Shown: positions 40,041 through 50,312 of the stretch, piece by piece
How the letters are laid out: the number at the start of each line of letters is the position of its first letter
Numbering within the stretch: position 1 is the first letter of the stretch
Assembly (NCBI GenBank): GCA_963665665.1
Contig: OY762428.1
Coordinates: forward strand, 1,120,001 to 1,184,000
Source: Candidatus Kapaibacterium sp.
GTDB taxonomy: Bacteria; Bacteroidota; Ignavibacteria; Kapaibacteriales; UBA2268
Reading direction: 5' to 3'
Length of the DNA stretch: 64,000 nt
Made by a program: the position numbers and the translations under genes
The notes under the pieces: generated by a model
The model's input: only the letters and a program-made list of their open reading frames with translations
The model's database searches: none
Told to the model about the DNA's origin: nothing

Positions 40041-43000
40041 CTACTTCATCACCACAACCTTCTCTACAACAAACTCATTCCCCACTTTTACCCTGATATA
40101 ATATACCCCGTCAGGCAGGTTGGATATATTCAGCGAAGATATACCCGGGAACTCGACAAGTCCGGTCACATCCTGACCCAGGCGGTTGTAAATAGTAGTA
40201 TTTGATTCATTCAGCGGCATTTCAAGCCCTGAGATATTGAGAATAGAAGAAGCTGGGTTTGGGAAGATCAGGGCTGATTGCTTCGTTTCTTTCGATACTT
40301 CAGGTGTTGAGGCAATAATATTATCCGGAAGCTTAACCCTGAAAAGCTTGGCTCGGGATTCATACTCATTTATCGTCTCGGTTAGGAAAACAAGAACGCT
40401 GGAGCTGTCCGAATGAACAATCTGGGCAATTTTTCCGCTCAGCCCCTGAATGTAATAATCGTTAAAAATATGCAGATTTTTATCAAGAATAGTCAGAATC
40501 AGCTTGCCGTCTGTATCATTTCCCCCTGCTATAAGCAGGCTATCATTCAGATTGATAATATAATCGTATCCGTTAATGTTATCTCTTACTATTTTATTGA
40601 AATATTCACCTGCCGGCCCGACAGCCATAAAAGTCCCCTTTCCCTCGGTATCCTTTAAGGTTTTTCCACAGAATACATAACCGAAGTCCTTAATATGGCA
40701 GCCCTCCTCGGGACAGAATCCTTCGTAATTCAGCGTTGTATGCCATCTCTCGCCATCCTCAATATCAATTTCACCGAGATATGAATCGTCCGGGCAATAC
40801 CTTTTGAATAAAATAATACTGCTTTCTGTTTTGTTCAAAACGTGGTAGTGGCTCCATTCCTTAGCAAAAACGGAGTGGTTTTTTAATTCAACTTTTTTCG
40901 ATGGGCTTTCAACAAATACGCTTATTTGATCCCAATTGAAAGGGATAAATGCATGAAAATAAATATCATCGCTAAATTGGTAATAGAAATAATCTTTATA
41001 AGCCTTGCCAAAATGCAAAGTATCATCAGGCCAGTACCACCAAACAATTTTTCTACTTTTAACTATTCCGGTATCATTTAAGGTATAAATACTTGCATCA
41101 TACCAATCAGAATCAGTACTCATATTGAAAAGATATTTATTAATAGTAATATTTACATTATTGTTGCCAGAACCTGTAAGTACTCCTCTCAATTCTTCGT
41201 AATAGGCATCAATCATTTCAGGTTCATCTGATTTTAGATTGATATACTTCTGAGCCAGGTTGATTGGTTGAATATTTTTTTTCTGTAAGTTATAATCCAT
41301 CCAAATCAATTTGTAGGCGCTGTTTACATAATAATTGTCCAATTTTCTGTCATTATACGCTAATGCAGCAATCTCTCCATTAGCTAATTGCACAACTGAA
41401 TGAGCGTAGGAATTTGCATTATTATCAGGTAAAGTTGTAAGAGCCCGAATTTCAAATCCATTGTTTCCCTTTACAACTATGAAGTCTTCCTTTTTCAAAG
41501 TTCTTTCGGCACCATTATCAAATTTAACTGTGAGTGTTACATCATATAAACCATGATATTTATATATATGGGTTGGATTTTCCTCAGCGCTTGTTTCGCC
41601 GTCTCCAAAATCCCAGTACAGACTTTTGATTTTTCCCTCGGACAAATTATAAAATTTTACCTGAAGCGGAGCCTGTCCTTTAACTAAATCAGATTCGAAG
41701 TCAGCCCATACCGGATCAATAACAATAATTTCTTTTTCTGTAGTTGCCAGGTATTGGCCCTTTTGCCCATATAAGCGGGTAGTAAAAGTTTTCGAAATAT
41801 TGTAACTATGAACCGGATTTTCTTCAGTACTTTTTATCACATATCCGAAATCCCACAGATATCCATCAAAATCTCCCCATGAGTAGTTGATGAATTGTAG
41901 AACTGAATCACGTATATACGGTTTTTCAATAACCTCAAATGCAAGCTCGTTTTTTCTCGGCAGAAAATCATGCTTTAATATGATTAAATTATTGCCGGAA
42001 CCTAAAGCCATTTCCTGGATTTTTAAGGGATTGTAGCTATATGAAATCTTCTCTTTTCCGGGTATATCAGTTGAATACATTACTTTGTTAAAATTGAAGT
42101 CATAATAAGAAAGTCGGGTATACTTCTCGTCATCCTTATCAATTTCCTCACCTACGATCAGGAAATCGTTATTCCGTGAAAAAAAACAATCCTTGACATC
42201 ATTGAAACCTAATTCAGAAAAATCGTTTTTAATTAATGTATCAATTTCATCATCGGCAAGATGCCACAGGTAAAGGAGCCTGTTTTCAATAATCGCTGAA
42301 TAATACTTATTATCAACGGATTGGCAGGAATAAGTAACGAAATTGACAACCGGTTCGTTGTAGTCCCTTGCAAAATGATCGCGATAAAGTTTGAAAGTTT
42401 TCCCGGATATTCTATCAAAAAGAGTCAACCTGGATTCGTAATCAAATGAATTCCACCAATGTGCTCCACCTCTGTCGTATCTGTTCATATAAGTCAGATT
42501 GAAATCAGAATTTGAATTTTCGCCCCAATATCCAATTATTGGTTGCTCATTATATATCGAATCACCAGTTTCCAGATTGAAAACCTTATGGAAGTAATCA
42601 GCATCAATTGAACTACCATTGCCTTCAATTGTCTTAATATTTCTGAAAGCTGAAATGTGAACAATGAGGTTGGAATTATCAATTATTGGTTGCAAATATT
42701 TTGCCCCCTGACTAAACTCATAGTTTGATTCATCAGGTTTTTCAAAAACATTTAATACATGTTCAAGGGTATCAATATCAAGCCTGTAAATAATCATTCT
42801 GGCAAATTCCCCGAATTGGCCGCCCATATCATCCGTAAAAACAAAATACTTCCCGTCGCCACTTATATCCACTCCCAGTATATGGCTTTTCAGATCTTCC
42901 CGATTGTAGTACAAATACTCCTTAAAATCCTTCTCGAAAAGAATTTCTCCAGTTTCCCTGTCCCAGAATCGGAGGGTGGAGCCGTCGCTGAAAGTATAGA

Positions 43001-43157
43001 TTTTCTTTCCGTCGGCAGAGTAGCGAATAAAGGATAAAATACCGGCGTCCTGATCGTTCACCAGGTATTGGCCTTTATCAATCCAGTGGCTGTCTGCATA
43101 ACTATAAGCTGTTGTTATAAGCAGGAAGGATAGGATAAGAATTGGCAGCGCTTTCAT
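40041..43157 (-). CDS. T9SS cargo protein: beta-propeller region, two PKD domains, type A CTD
   Basis: Signal peptide; WDFG...STEENPVHSY and WDFGDGETSAEENPTHIY; IFPNPAS...LPDGVYYIRV...EKVVVMK. Confidence 0.88.
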   Translation of the reverse strand: MKALPILILSFLLITTAYSYADSHWIDKGQYLVNDQDAGILSFIRYSADGKKIYTFSDGSTLRFWDRETGEILFEKDFKEYLYYNREDLKSHILGVDISGDGKYFVFTDDMGGQFGEFARMIIYRLDIDTLEHVLNVFEKPDESNYEFSQGAKYLQPIIDNSNLIVHISAFRNIKTIEGNGSSIDADYFHKVFNLETGDSIYNEQPIIGYWGENSNSDFNLTYMNRYDRGGAHWWNSFDYESRLTLFDRISGKTFKLYRDHFARDYNEPVVNFVTYSCQSVDNKYYSAIIENRLLYLWHLADDEIDTLIKNDFSELGFNDVKDCFFSRNNDFLIVGEEIDKDDEKYTRLSYYDFNFNKVMYSTDIPGKEKISYSYNPLKIQEMALGSGNNLIILKHDFLPRKNELAFEVIEKPYIRDSVLQFINYSWGDFDGYLWDFGYVIKSTEENPVHSYNISKTFTTRLYGQKGQYLATTEKEIIVIDPVWADFESDLVKGQAPLQVKFYNLSEGKIKSLYWDFGDGETSAEENPTHIYKYHGLYDVTLTVKFDNGAERTLKKEDFIVVKGNNGFEIRALTTLPDNNANSYAHSVVQLANGEIAALAYNDRKLDNYYVNSAYKLIWMDYNLQKKNIQPINLAQKYINLKSDEPEMIDAYYEELRGVLTGSGNNNVNITINKYLFNMSTDSDWYDASIYTLNDTGIVKSRKIVWWYWPDDTLHFGKAYKDYFYYQFSDDIYFHAFIPFNWDQISVFVESPSKKVELKNHSVFAKEWSHYHVLNKTESSIILFKRYCPDDSYLGEIDIEDGERWHTTLNYEGFCPEEGCHIKDFGYVFCGKTLKDTEGKGTFMAVGPAGEYFNKIVRDNINGYDYIINLNDSLLIAGGNDTDGKLILTILDKNLHIFNDYYIQGLSGKIAQIVHSDSSSVLVFLTETINEYESRAKLFRVKLPDNIIASTPEVSKETKQSALIFPNPASSILNISGLEMPLNESNTTIYNRLGQDVTGLVEFPGISSLNISNLPDGVYYIRVKVGNEFVVEKVVVMK

Positions 43158-43355
43158 TTCAGCTCCGTTCGGGGTTTTGCATTATCATTTCATATAATAA
43201 CACTAAAATATGAAAAAGGTCTCAGGATTCCTTAAAAATAATTAAATCCTGTAATTGTTATTATTTATGATATCCTGCCACATATCCCACTTTTGAAAAG
43301 CTATACCAGCTGTGAGACGCTTAGAAAAAATTTTTGCACTTATTCCCAGCCTTAA

Positions 43356-44075
43356 TCAGAAAATTTTCTCAGCCTCCCGGAAATCTTCAACTGTATCAAG
43401 TTCCATACAATTCAGGCTGCCAACGCTAACGGCAAAGATATGTTTGCCGCTATTGATCAACCTCTGAAATGCCGCCTCGTAGAAAATATTTACCATTTTT
43501 TCTTCAATAATCATTTCGTCCAGGAGTTGAAAAAGGCCGGTAGAAAAGTTAGCGCAGAATTTCTCAATCCCTATTGACTCACCCGCAGCCTCGGCAGGAA
43601 TAACTTCCTTACTTATCTCGGCTATGGAATAATCAGCATTCAGCAGAAGTTTTATTTCTTCATCAGCAACTTCCCCCTCGTCACGCATGGCAAGGCAGTT
43701 AGAATAATCAGAACTCAGCAGCCTTCCAATAATTTTCTCTTCAAAAAGAATATCGCTGTCCAGAAGCAGGAAATCCTCTCCGTCAGCCATTTCTTTCGTA
43801 AGCCACAGGGAATAAATATTATTAGTAGAATCGTAAACATCATTATAAATAAATGTGAACTTGTAATCCTCGTAGCGGGAAATTAAAAAATCTTTTATCT
43901 GTTCCTGCAGATAGCCAGTTACCACAATAAATTCTTTAATACCATTATTTATCAAGGCATTTATAGTTCTTTCAAGAATTGTTTTCCCGGAAATTTTTAA
44001 TAAACACTTCGGGGTATTTTCAGTTAAGGGACGCAATCGGGATGCAATTCCCGCAGCTAAAATCACGGCTTTCAT
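43356..44075 (-). CDS. LicC-like (phosphocholine-type) cytidylyltransferase/NTP transferase
   Basis: ILAAGIASRLRPLT..PKCL, YDSTNNIYSLW, LLDSDILF, GESIGI, ELDTVED. Confidence 0.85.
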   Translation of the reverse strand: MKAVILAAGIASRLRPLTENTPKCLLKISGKTILERTINALINNGIKEFIVVTGYLQEQIKDFLISRYEDYKFTFIYNDVYDSTNNIYSLWLTKEMADGEDFLLLDSDILFEEKIIGRLLSSDYSNCLAMRDEGEVADEEIKLLLNADYSIAEISKEVIPAEAAGESIGIEKFCANFSTGLFQLLDEMIIEEKMVNIFYEAAFQRLINSGKHIFAVSVGSLNCMELDTVEDFREAEKIF

Positions 44076-44989
44076 ATTATTCGTTCCCGTTTAGTGTGTA
44101 AAAAATAAGATTGATACGATGAGTCAATAATTTTTTGAATTACAAGCAATATAATAGCAATAGCATTGGCTGCGGTAAGTAAGCCAATAATATAAATATC
44201 CAGCCTGTTCAGCAAAATGCAAATTATCAGGAAACTTAGCTGGCTGGTAGGGCCGAGATAAGTCCAGAAATGGATGATCTTTTTATTCTTTGCAACAAAT
44301 AGTTCTGCATCAGGGAATTGCATGAAAACGGATTCTTTTCCTGATGCCATTTTCCTTTGAATGCCGGAATAAAAGAAATAGATTCTAAGCAGCATTTTTT
44401 TTCCGGCATTTCCCGGATATTCTTTAAGTTGTTCATATTCCTCGCTGAATTCCCTTAGTTCTTCATCAAGAACACTCTTGCGGCTAAGTTTTATATCAAG
44501 GAAGCGATTCCTGTAGTAGTCAAGTAATGATGCATGAAATACATTGCTAAGCCCGGCAGCAATCATTAATAGCCACCAAATTGCGGGATTATCGGTATTT
44601 TGGGCAAAACCGAAACCGATCCCCATATAAGCAATTAGATTTACTACATAATCAGAAAGCCCGTCCAATACCCTTCCGATTGGCGTACCGTTTTTGTTTA
44701 TTCTTGCAAGCTGCCCGTCAGCACAGTCAAGAACATCGTATAGTATAAACAATATAGCGGCATAAACAAACAGGGATTGAACTCCTGTTGCCAGAAAAAC
44801 TCCGCCAATCACACCAAGGATCATAGCCCAAAGCGTAACCTGATTTGGCGTAATATCTGTGTTTTTAATAATTTTTACAAAAACAAATGCAAGAGGCCTG
44901 TAAAAAATCAGGTCGAGTATTTCCTCGACCTCGATTGATTTTAAAGACCCGATATATTCTTTTACTACCGAACTTTTTTCATTTCTCAT
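44072..44989 (-). CDS. CDP-alcohol phosphatidyltransferase
   Basis: ITPNQVT and full signature DCADGQLAR...G..LDGLSD. Confidence 0.92.
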   Translation of the reverse strand: MRNEKSSVVKEYIGSLKSIEVEEILDLIFYRPLAFVFVKIIKNTDITPNQVTLWAMILGVIGGVFLATGVQSLFVYAAILFILYDVLDCADGQLARINKNGTPIGRVLDGLSDYVVNLIAYMGIGFGFAQNTDNPAIWWLLMIAAGLSNVFHASLLDYYRNRFLDIKLSRKSVLDEELREFSEEYEQLKEYPGNAGKKMLLRIYFFYSGIQRKMASGKESVFMQFPDAELFVAKNKKIIHFWTYLGPTSQLSFLIICILLNRLDIYIIGLLTAANAIAIILLVIQKIIDSSYQSYFLHTKRERII

Positions 44990-46011
44990 GCAAAATATTC
45001 TTTCATAGCTTCAATCAATTCTTTATTCTGTTCCTGTGTTCCAAGCGTAATTCTAAGATGATGGTTCAGAACTTCCTCGTTCATGAATTTTATTATCAGG
45101 TTCCTGGAATCCAGGTGTTTTTTAAGTCCTTCTTTCACGCTTTCCGGAATTTCAACAAGCATAAAATTGGCATGAGATTCAAATACGGTAAATCCCGGGA
45201 ATTTACTTAATTCTTCAGTGAACATTTTTCTGTCAGCAGCCATTTTCTCTGCCACCTGTTTGTAATATTCTCCCGAATCCAGAGCAGCAATTGCAATTTC
45301 CTCGTTAAGTCGGTTATAACCCAGATAGCGGTTAGTAAATTTTACGAGCTTGCTGATATTATCGCCAATAACAGCGTATCCAATCCTAAGGCCTGCCAAA
45401 GCAAAATATTTTGAAAATGTCCTTACAACCATCAGGTTGGGATATTTCCGGACAAGGTTGGCCCTTTCCACGAACCCGTCATAAGCATAAGCCTCGTCTA
45501 TAACGATGATTGCATCATTTATTTCATCAAGTATCCTGAGCAACTGGCCTTCTTCTATTGCATTACCGGTAGGGTTGTTAGGAGCTGAAATAAAAACCAT
45601 ACCCGGCTTTTCTTTCCTGTAAAGGTCAAGCAGCTTATCAACGTTATAATAAAAAGTATTCTCTCCCTTTTCGATAGGATATTCAACATTCACCCCGTCA
45701 ACTTCGTCGGCAATAGCCTTGTAATACCACCAGGAATAAGTGGGCACAAGAAGTTTGGCACCGTTACTAAGGTAGCATTGAACAGCCTGCTTCAATATAT
45801 CTTCGGCTCCATAACCAAGAACGATCCTGTTCTCCGGAAGGTCGAATTCCTCTGCAAGCCTTGCAGCCAGAATGCTTTTACTGCCTTTGGTAAATGATTT
45901 GGAATAACAGCTTATTTTTGAAATATCAGCATTTTTTAAAATATCAAAACATGCCGGTGCAGGCCCGTAGTAATTTTCATTTCTGTCCAGATATAATATT
46001 TCGTCTCTCAT
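44986..46011 (-). CDS. HisC/CobD-like fold-type-I PLP enzyme
   Basis: LDRNEN, PNNPTG, IDEAY, RTFSKYFALAGLRIGY, LRITLG. Confidence 0.88.
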   Translation of the reverse strand: MRDEILYLDRNENYYGPAPACFDILKNADISKISCYSKSFTKGSKSILAARLAEEFDLPENRIVLGYGAEDILKQAVQCYLSNGAKLLVPTYSWWYYKAIADEVDGVNVEYPIEKGENTFYYNVDKLLDLYRKEKPGMVFISAPNNPTGNAIEEGQLLRILDEINDAIIVIDEAYAYDGFVERANLVRKYPNLMVVRTFSKYFALAGLRIGYAVIGDNISKLVKFTNRYLGYNRLNEEIAIAALDSGEYYKQVAEKMAADRKMFTEELSKFPGFTVFESHANFMLVEIPESVKEGLKKHLDSRNLIIKFMNEEVLNHHLRITLGTQEQNKELIEAMKEYFA

Positions 46012-46367
46012 ATTTATCCAAAAAAGTAAAACAATTTTCAGACTTAACTTTTGTTAGTTTTACGTGTATTTTCCCTTAAAAGTTCCAATACATCAACAAT
46101 CTGCATAAACTCATTAAAATTAATAAAATAATTTTCTTTTTTCAAATATGTTTGCCATATTCTTAACAAAAAACAAATAAAAATTATATTTATAATCTTT
46201 CCTGCAATTAAGTAATTATTTGAAGCCGGAAAAATGGAAAAACCACATCGATGGTTTCAGAAGAATTAAAAAATTGAACTAAATTCCAACAATATTATTA
46301 TCTTTGTATTTTGTATTTGCCAATGAAGCAATATTGGTATTTTTTGCAAAAATTGAAATTTTGATTA

Positions 46368-47768
46368 ATGGAAAAACAAAGAACAATAAGCAAATCAGTA
46401 TCCTTTACCGGAACAGGGCTACATACCGGCAAGGATTCAACAATAACATTCAACCCTGCAGAAGCCAATACGGGTTATGTATTTATAAGAAAAGACCTTC
46501 CCGGCCAGCCGGAAATTCAGGCCATTGTAGATAACGTGGTTGATATTTCACGGGGAACAACAATTGCAAACGGAGACGTGAAAGTACTTACTGTAGAGCA
46601 TGTACTTGCAGCTCTTGCCGGGCTGAAGATCGACAACTGCCGGATAGAACTATCGGAAAGCGAACCACCTGTTCTGGACGGCAGCAGTATGCCCTACGTT
46701 GATGCATTACTTACTGCAGGCATAACAGAACTTGATGCTGAAAGAGAATATTTCGTTATAGACGAATCAATCAGCTATTCCAACGAGGACAAAGGCGTGG
46801 AAATAGTTGCCCTGCCACTTGACGACTTCAGGGTAACGATAATGATCGATTATTTCAATCCTGCTCTTGGCAGCCAGCACACGGGATTATTCGATTTAGA
46901 AAAAGAATTTGTTAAAGAATTTGCACCTGCCAGAACATTCTGTTTCCTGACCGAGGTTGAACAGCTTAGAAAATCTGACCTGATAAAAGGCGGAAAACTT
47001 GATAATGCACTGGTAATAGTTGATAAAGACATAACCGAAAATGAAGTCGGCTGGATGATGGATACTTTCAATTTGCAGGAAGCTCCCACAGTTGGCAACA
47101 ACGGATATTTAAATAATACAGAATTAAGATACAAAAACGAGCCGGCAAGGCATAAACTGCTTGATATGCTTGGAGATATGGCATTGATAGGCATACCTGT
47201 AAAAGCGCAAATTCTTGCTGCAAGGCCGGGCCATGAAAGTAATATTGAATTTTCAAAGCTGGTTCGCAGGGCCTATCTGGAACAAAAGCGTGATAACCGC
47301 CTGAAACCATGGAAAAACAAAGGTATTCTCTGGGATATAAATGCCCTGATGGAATTCCTTCCTCACCGTTATCCATTCCTGCTTGTTGACAGGGTTATGG
47401 AATATGACAGAGAAAAGAAAGTTATTCTCGGATATAAGAATGTTACTTTCAACGAGCCATTCTTCCAGGGACATTTCCCAGGGCAGCCAATCATGCCGGG
47501 AGTACTGATCCTTGAAGCATGCGCACAGATGGCAGGCTTGATAATGCTGAACGAAATAGACGAACCTGATAAATATCTTGGACTCTTCAGCACCATAAAA
47601 AATGCGAAACTTAGAAAACCGGTTGTTCCCGGAGACCAGTTGGTAATTGAAGCCAGGATGTCCGGAAAGAGATTTAATATTTACTCATTTACTGCCACCG
47701 CCTATGTTAACGGCCAGGTAGTGGCAGAATCTGATTTTACAGCAGCTTTAGTTAACAGGGAACTATGA
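46368..47768 (+). CDS. lpxC-fabZ: Bifunctional LpxC-FabZ
   Basis: GTGLHTG, TVEHVLAAL, ARTFCF, HKLLD, then LPHRYPFLLVD and GHFPGQPIMPGVL. Confidence 0.96.
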   Translation: MEKQRTISKSVSFTGTGLHTGKDSTITFNPAEANTGYVFIRKDLPGQPEIQAIVDNVVDISRGTTIANGDVKVLTVEHVLAALAGLKIDNCRIELSESEPPVLDGSSMPYVDALLTAGITELDAEREYFVIDESISYSNEDKGVEIVALPLDDFRVTIMIDYFNPALGSQHTGLFDLEKEFVKEFAPARTFCFLTEVEQLRKSDLIKGGKLDNALVIVDKDITENEVGWMMDTFNLQEAPTVGNNGYLNNTELRYKNEPARHKLLDMLGDMALIGIPVKAQILAARPGHESNIEFSKLVRRAYLEQKRDNRLKPWKNKGILWDINALMEFLPHRYPFLLVDRVMEYDREKKVILGYKNVTFNEPFFQGHFPGQPIMPGVLILEACAQMAGLIMLNEIDEPDKYLGLFSTIKNAKLRKPVVPGDQLVIEARMSGKRFNIYSFTATAYVNGQVVAESDFTAALVNREL

Positions 47769-48544
47769 ACGAAACTTTAATTCATCCTACAGCTATTGTT
47801 TCTCCAAAAGCTGAACTGGGCACGGGGGTTAGCGTCGGGCCTTTCAGCATAATCGAAGACGACGTTCAGGTAGGAGACAACACAGAGATACGATCAAGTG
47901 TGGTATTGGCAAACGGCGCAAGGATCGGTAGCGATTGCAGAATTCATTCATCATGCGTAATTGCTACAGAACCTCAGGATTTGAAATACAAAAATGAGAG
48001 AACTTACGCCTTTGTCGGAGACAGAACAGTGCTCAGAGAATACGTAACTGTTAACCGCGGAACAGTGGAAACAGGAAAAGCCGTTGTCGGAGACGATTGC
48101 CTGATAATGACTTACTGCCATGTGGCACATGATTGCCGTGTCGGTAACAACGTAATTATGTCCAACGTGAGCCAGCTTGCAGGGCATGTAACCATAGAGG
48201 ACTGGGTAATACTTGGCGGTGTAGCAAAGATACATCAGTTCTGTACTGTCGGCAGCCACTCCATGATCGGGGCAGATGTAAAAATAGTGAAAGATGTTCC
48301 GCCCTTCACACTTGTTGGACGCCAGCCAGCTAAAGTTGAAGGTGTAAATAAGATAGGCCTTAGAAGAAGGGGATTCAAATCCAAAACGATCAGGGCCATC
48401 GAAGAATTTTATGATACAGTTTTATTTTCGGGTATGAACAATACCGAAGGTATTAAGCATTACAAAGCAAAAGGAGACCTATTAGAAGAAGTAGAATACT
48501 GCATCAAATTTATCGAGAATTCAAAACGGGGAATTCACAGGTAA
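47765..48544 (+). CDS. lpxA: UDP-N-acetylglucosamine acyltransferase
   Basis: IHPTAIV hexapeptide repeats, PQDLKY, HVAHDC, IHQF, GLRRRGF. Confidence 0.96.
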   Translation: MNETLIHPTAIVSPKAELGTGVSVGPFSIIEDDVQVGDNTEIRSSVVLANGARIGSDCRIHSSCVIATEPQDLKYKNERTYAFVGDRTVLREYVTVNRGTVETGKAVVGDDCLIMTYCHVAHDCRVGNNVIMSNVSQLAGHVTIEDWVILGGVAKIHQFCTVGSHSMIGADVKIVKDVPPFTLVGRQPAKVEGVNKIGLRRRGFKSKTIRAIEEFYDTVLFSGMNNTEGIKHYKAKGDLLEEVEYCIKFIENSKRGIHR

Positions 48545-48747
48545 TAGTGTCGGCTTTATTTTAGAATTGCACTATGGTATCCTACAAGTTTTCCATTTTT
48601 TTCAAAATTCATTCATTTTGGATTTTGACAGCTAATTTTTTTTTCTTATATTCAATTAGTTGATTATGAACTAACCGGGAAAACGCCTATTGAAGGATTG
48701 GGTACCATTAAACACAACTGTTTTTTGGGTACAAATAAGAAGAGCTA

Positions 48748-50223
48748 ATGGAAACTCCAACTCTTAAGCAAATCTCAAAGATTCTTAATTCTCCTTCATG
48801 GGAGCCACTTAAACAAACAAGTATCGCATACAGGAAACTGATTGTTTCCATGATTTATATTTTTGTTGATATGTTTGTTTTGTCAGCATCAATTCTCGGA
48901 GCTGTTCTGATCAGGAATTTTTTCATGTCTCCCGAGATAATGCTTGCCGATTACCTTACTTTGATGCCATTTATTCTGCCAATTTTCCCACTTGCGTACT
49001 ACTTCAGGGGGCTTTATCCCGGTTTTGGTATTGACGTGATTGAAGAATTGCGCACGCTTACCTACAGCACGTCCGTAGTGTTTGCTGTACTTGCCACAAC
49101 TACTTTTTTCTTTAACGGAACATGGGAATATTCCAGGCTTGCATTCATTCTTTCCTGGCTGATTTCACTTCCTGCTGTTCCGCTGGCCCACGCCGGGGTA
49201 AGAAAAATTCTTGCAGGAAAAGACTGGTGGGGAATACCCGTTATGATAATTGGTGCCGGCAGGGCCGGTGAAATGGTGATCAAATCCCTGAACAAGCATG
49301 TTCAAACCGGCCTCAGGCCAATAATTGCCGTCGACGATGATGTTGACAGGTGGGGATATATCAAAGATATTCCCGTCGTTGGCGGTTTGGATATTGTTCC
49401 GGAAATTTCCCGAAAACTTGGTATAGACCATGCTATCATTGCTATGCCACGGGTTTCAGGAAAACGTCAGCAGGAAATTATAATGACATATTCCAAGTAC
49501 TTTGAGCATACAACTGTAATACCAGACCTGTTCGGTATTTCAAGCCTTTGGGTTTCAACAAGAGACCTTGGCGGTATTCTCGGGCTCGAAGTTCAGCAAA
49601 AACTTATCAGGAAATCCTCTCAGCTCAAAAAGCGGATTTTCGATATTATCCTTTCATCCATACTTGGTTTGTTGCTTTTCCCTATATACCTTGTGGTTTC
49701 TGCTGCAATTAAACTGGATTCAAAAGGCAAGGTTTTCTTCCGACAGCTTAGAATGGGCATGAATGATATAAATTTCCAGATCATAAAGTTCAGGACTATG
49801 CATCTGAATGCCGAAAGCAAACTAAATGATATACTTGATAAAAATGAAGACCTGCGCGAAGAATACAATGTTTATCATAAATTATCAAATGACCCCAGAA
49901 TGACACGAATTGGCCGCCTGCTCAGAAAGTTCAGCATTGATGAACTTCCTCAGTTCATTAACGTACTAAAGGGCGAGATGAGCCTTATCGGCCCCAGAGC
50001 ATATCTCCCGACGGAAAAGGAGAAAATGGCAGGCCTTGATGAAATGATTCTACAGGTAAAACCGGGAATAAGCGGTTTGTGGCAGGTAACTGACAGGAAT
50101 CAGTCCTCCTTCGAGGAAAGAAACAATATCGATGTGTATTATATCAGAAATTGGTCGATGTTCCTCGATTTTTATATTCTGGCCCGGACAATTGCAGTGA
50201 TCCTGACAGGTAAAGGGGTATAA
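48748..50223 (+). CDS. wbaP: WbaP-type undecaprenyl-phosphate hexose-1-phosphate transferase
   Basis: N-terminal TMs, IIGAGRAG, KRIFDI, KFRTM, DPRMTRIG..LRK.SIDELPQ, KPGISGLWQV. Confidence 0.88.
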   Translation: METPTLKQISKILNSPSWEPLKQTSIAYRKLIVSMIYIFVDMFVLSASILGAVLIRNFFMSPEIMLADYLTLMPFILPIFPLAYYFRGLYPGFGIDVIEELRTLTYSTSVVFAVLATTTFFFNGTWEYSRLAFILSWLISLPAVPLAHAGVRKILAGKDWWGIPVMIIGAGRAGEMVIKSLNKHVQTGLRPIIAVDDDVDRWGYIKDIPVVGGLDIVPEISRKLGIDHAIIAMPRVSGKRQQEIIMTYSKYFEHTTVIPDLFGISSLWVSTRDLGGILGLEVQQKLIRKSSQLKKRIFDIILSSILGLLLFPIYLVVSAAIKLDSKGKVFFRQLRMGMNDINFQIIKFRTMHLNAESKLNDILDKNEDLREEYNVYHKLSNDPRMTRIGRLLRKFSIDELPQFINVLKGEMSLIGPRAYLPTEKEKMAGLDEMILQVKPGISGLWQVTDRNQSSFEERNNIDVYYIRNWSMFLDFYILARTIAVILTGKGV

Positions 50224-50242
50224 ATTTAATATATATTACAAT

Positions 50243-50272
50243 GGCGGAATTTTTAATATTCCGCCTTTTTTT
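50243..50272 (+). terminator. Intrinsic terminator after wbaP
   Basis: GGCGGAAT-TTTTAAT-ATTCCGCC followed by T7. Confidence 0.8.
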
Positions 50273-50312
50273 ATTTAAAGTTCTGTGCAAAATTCTATTA
50301 CAGTTACTCAAT

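Noticed and set aside
46368-47768. LpxC-FabZ fusion as a novelty
   Set aside because: Well-known feature of Bacteroidota/Chlorobi relatives
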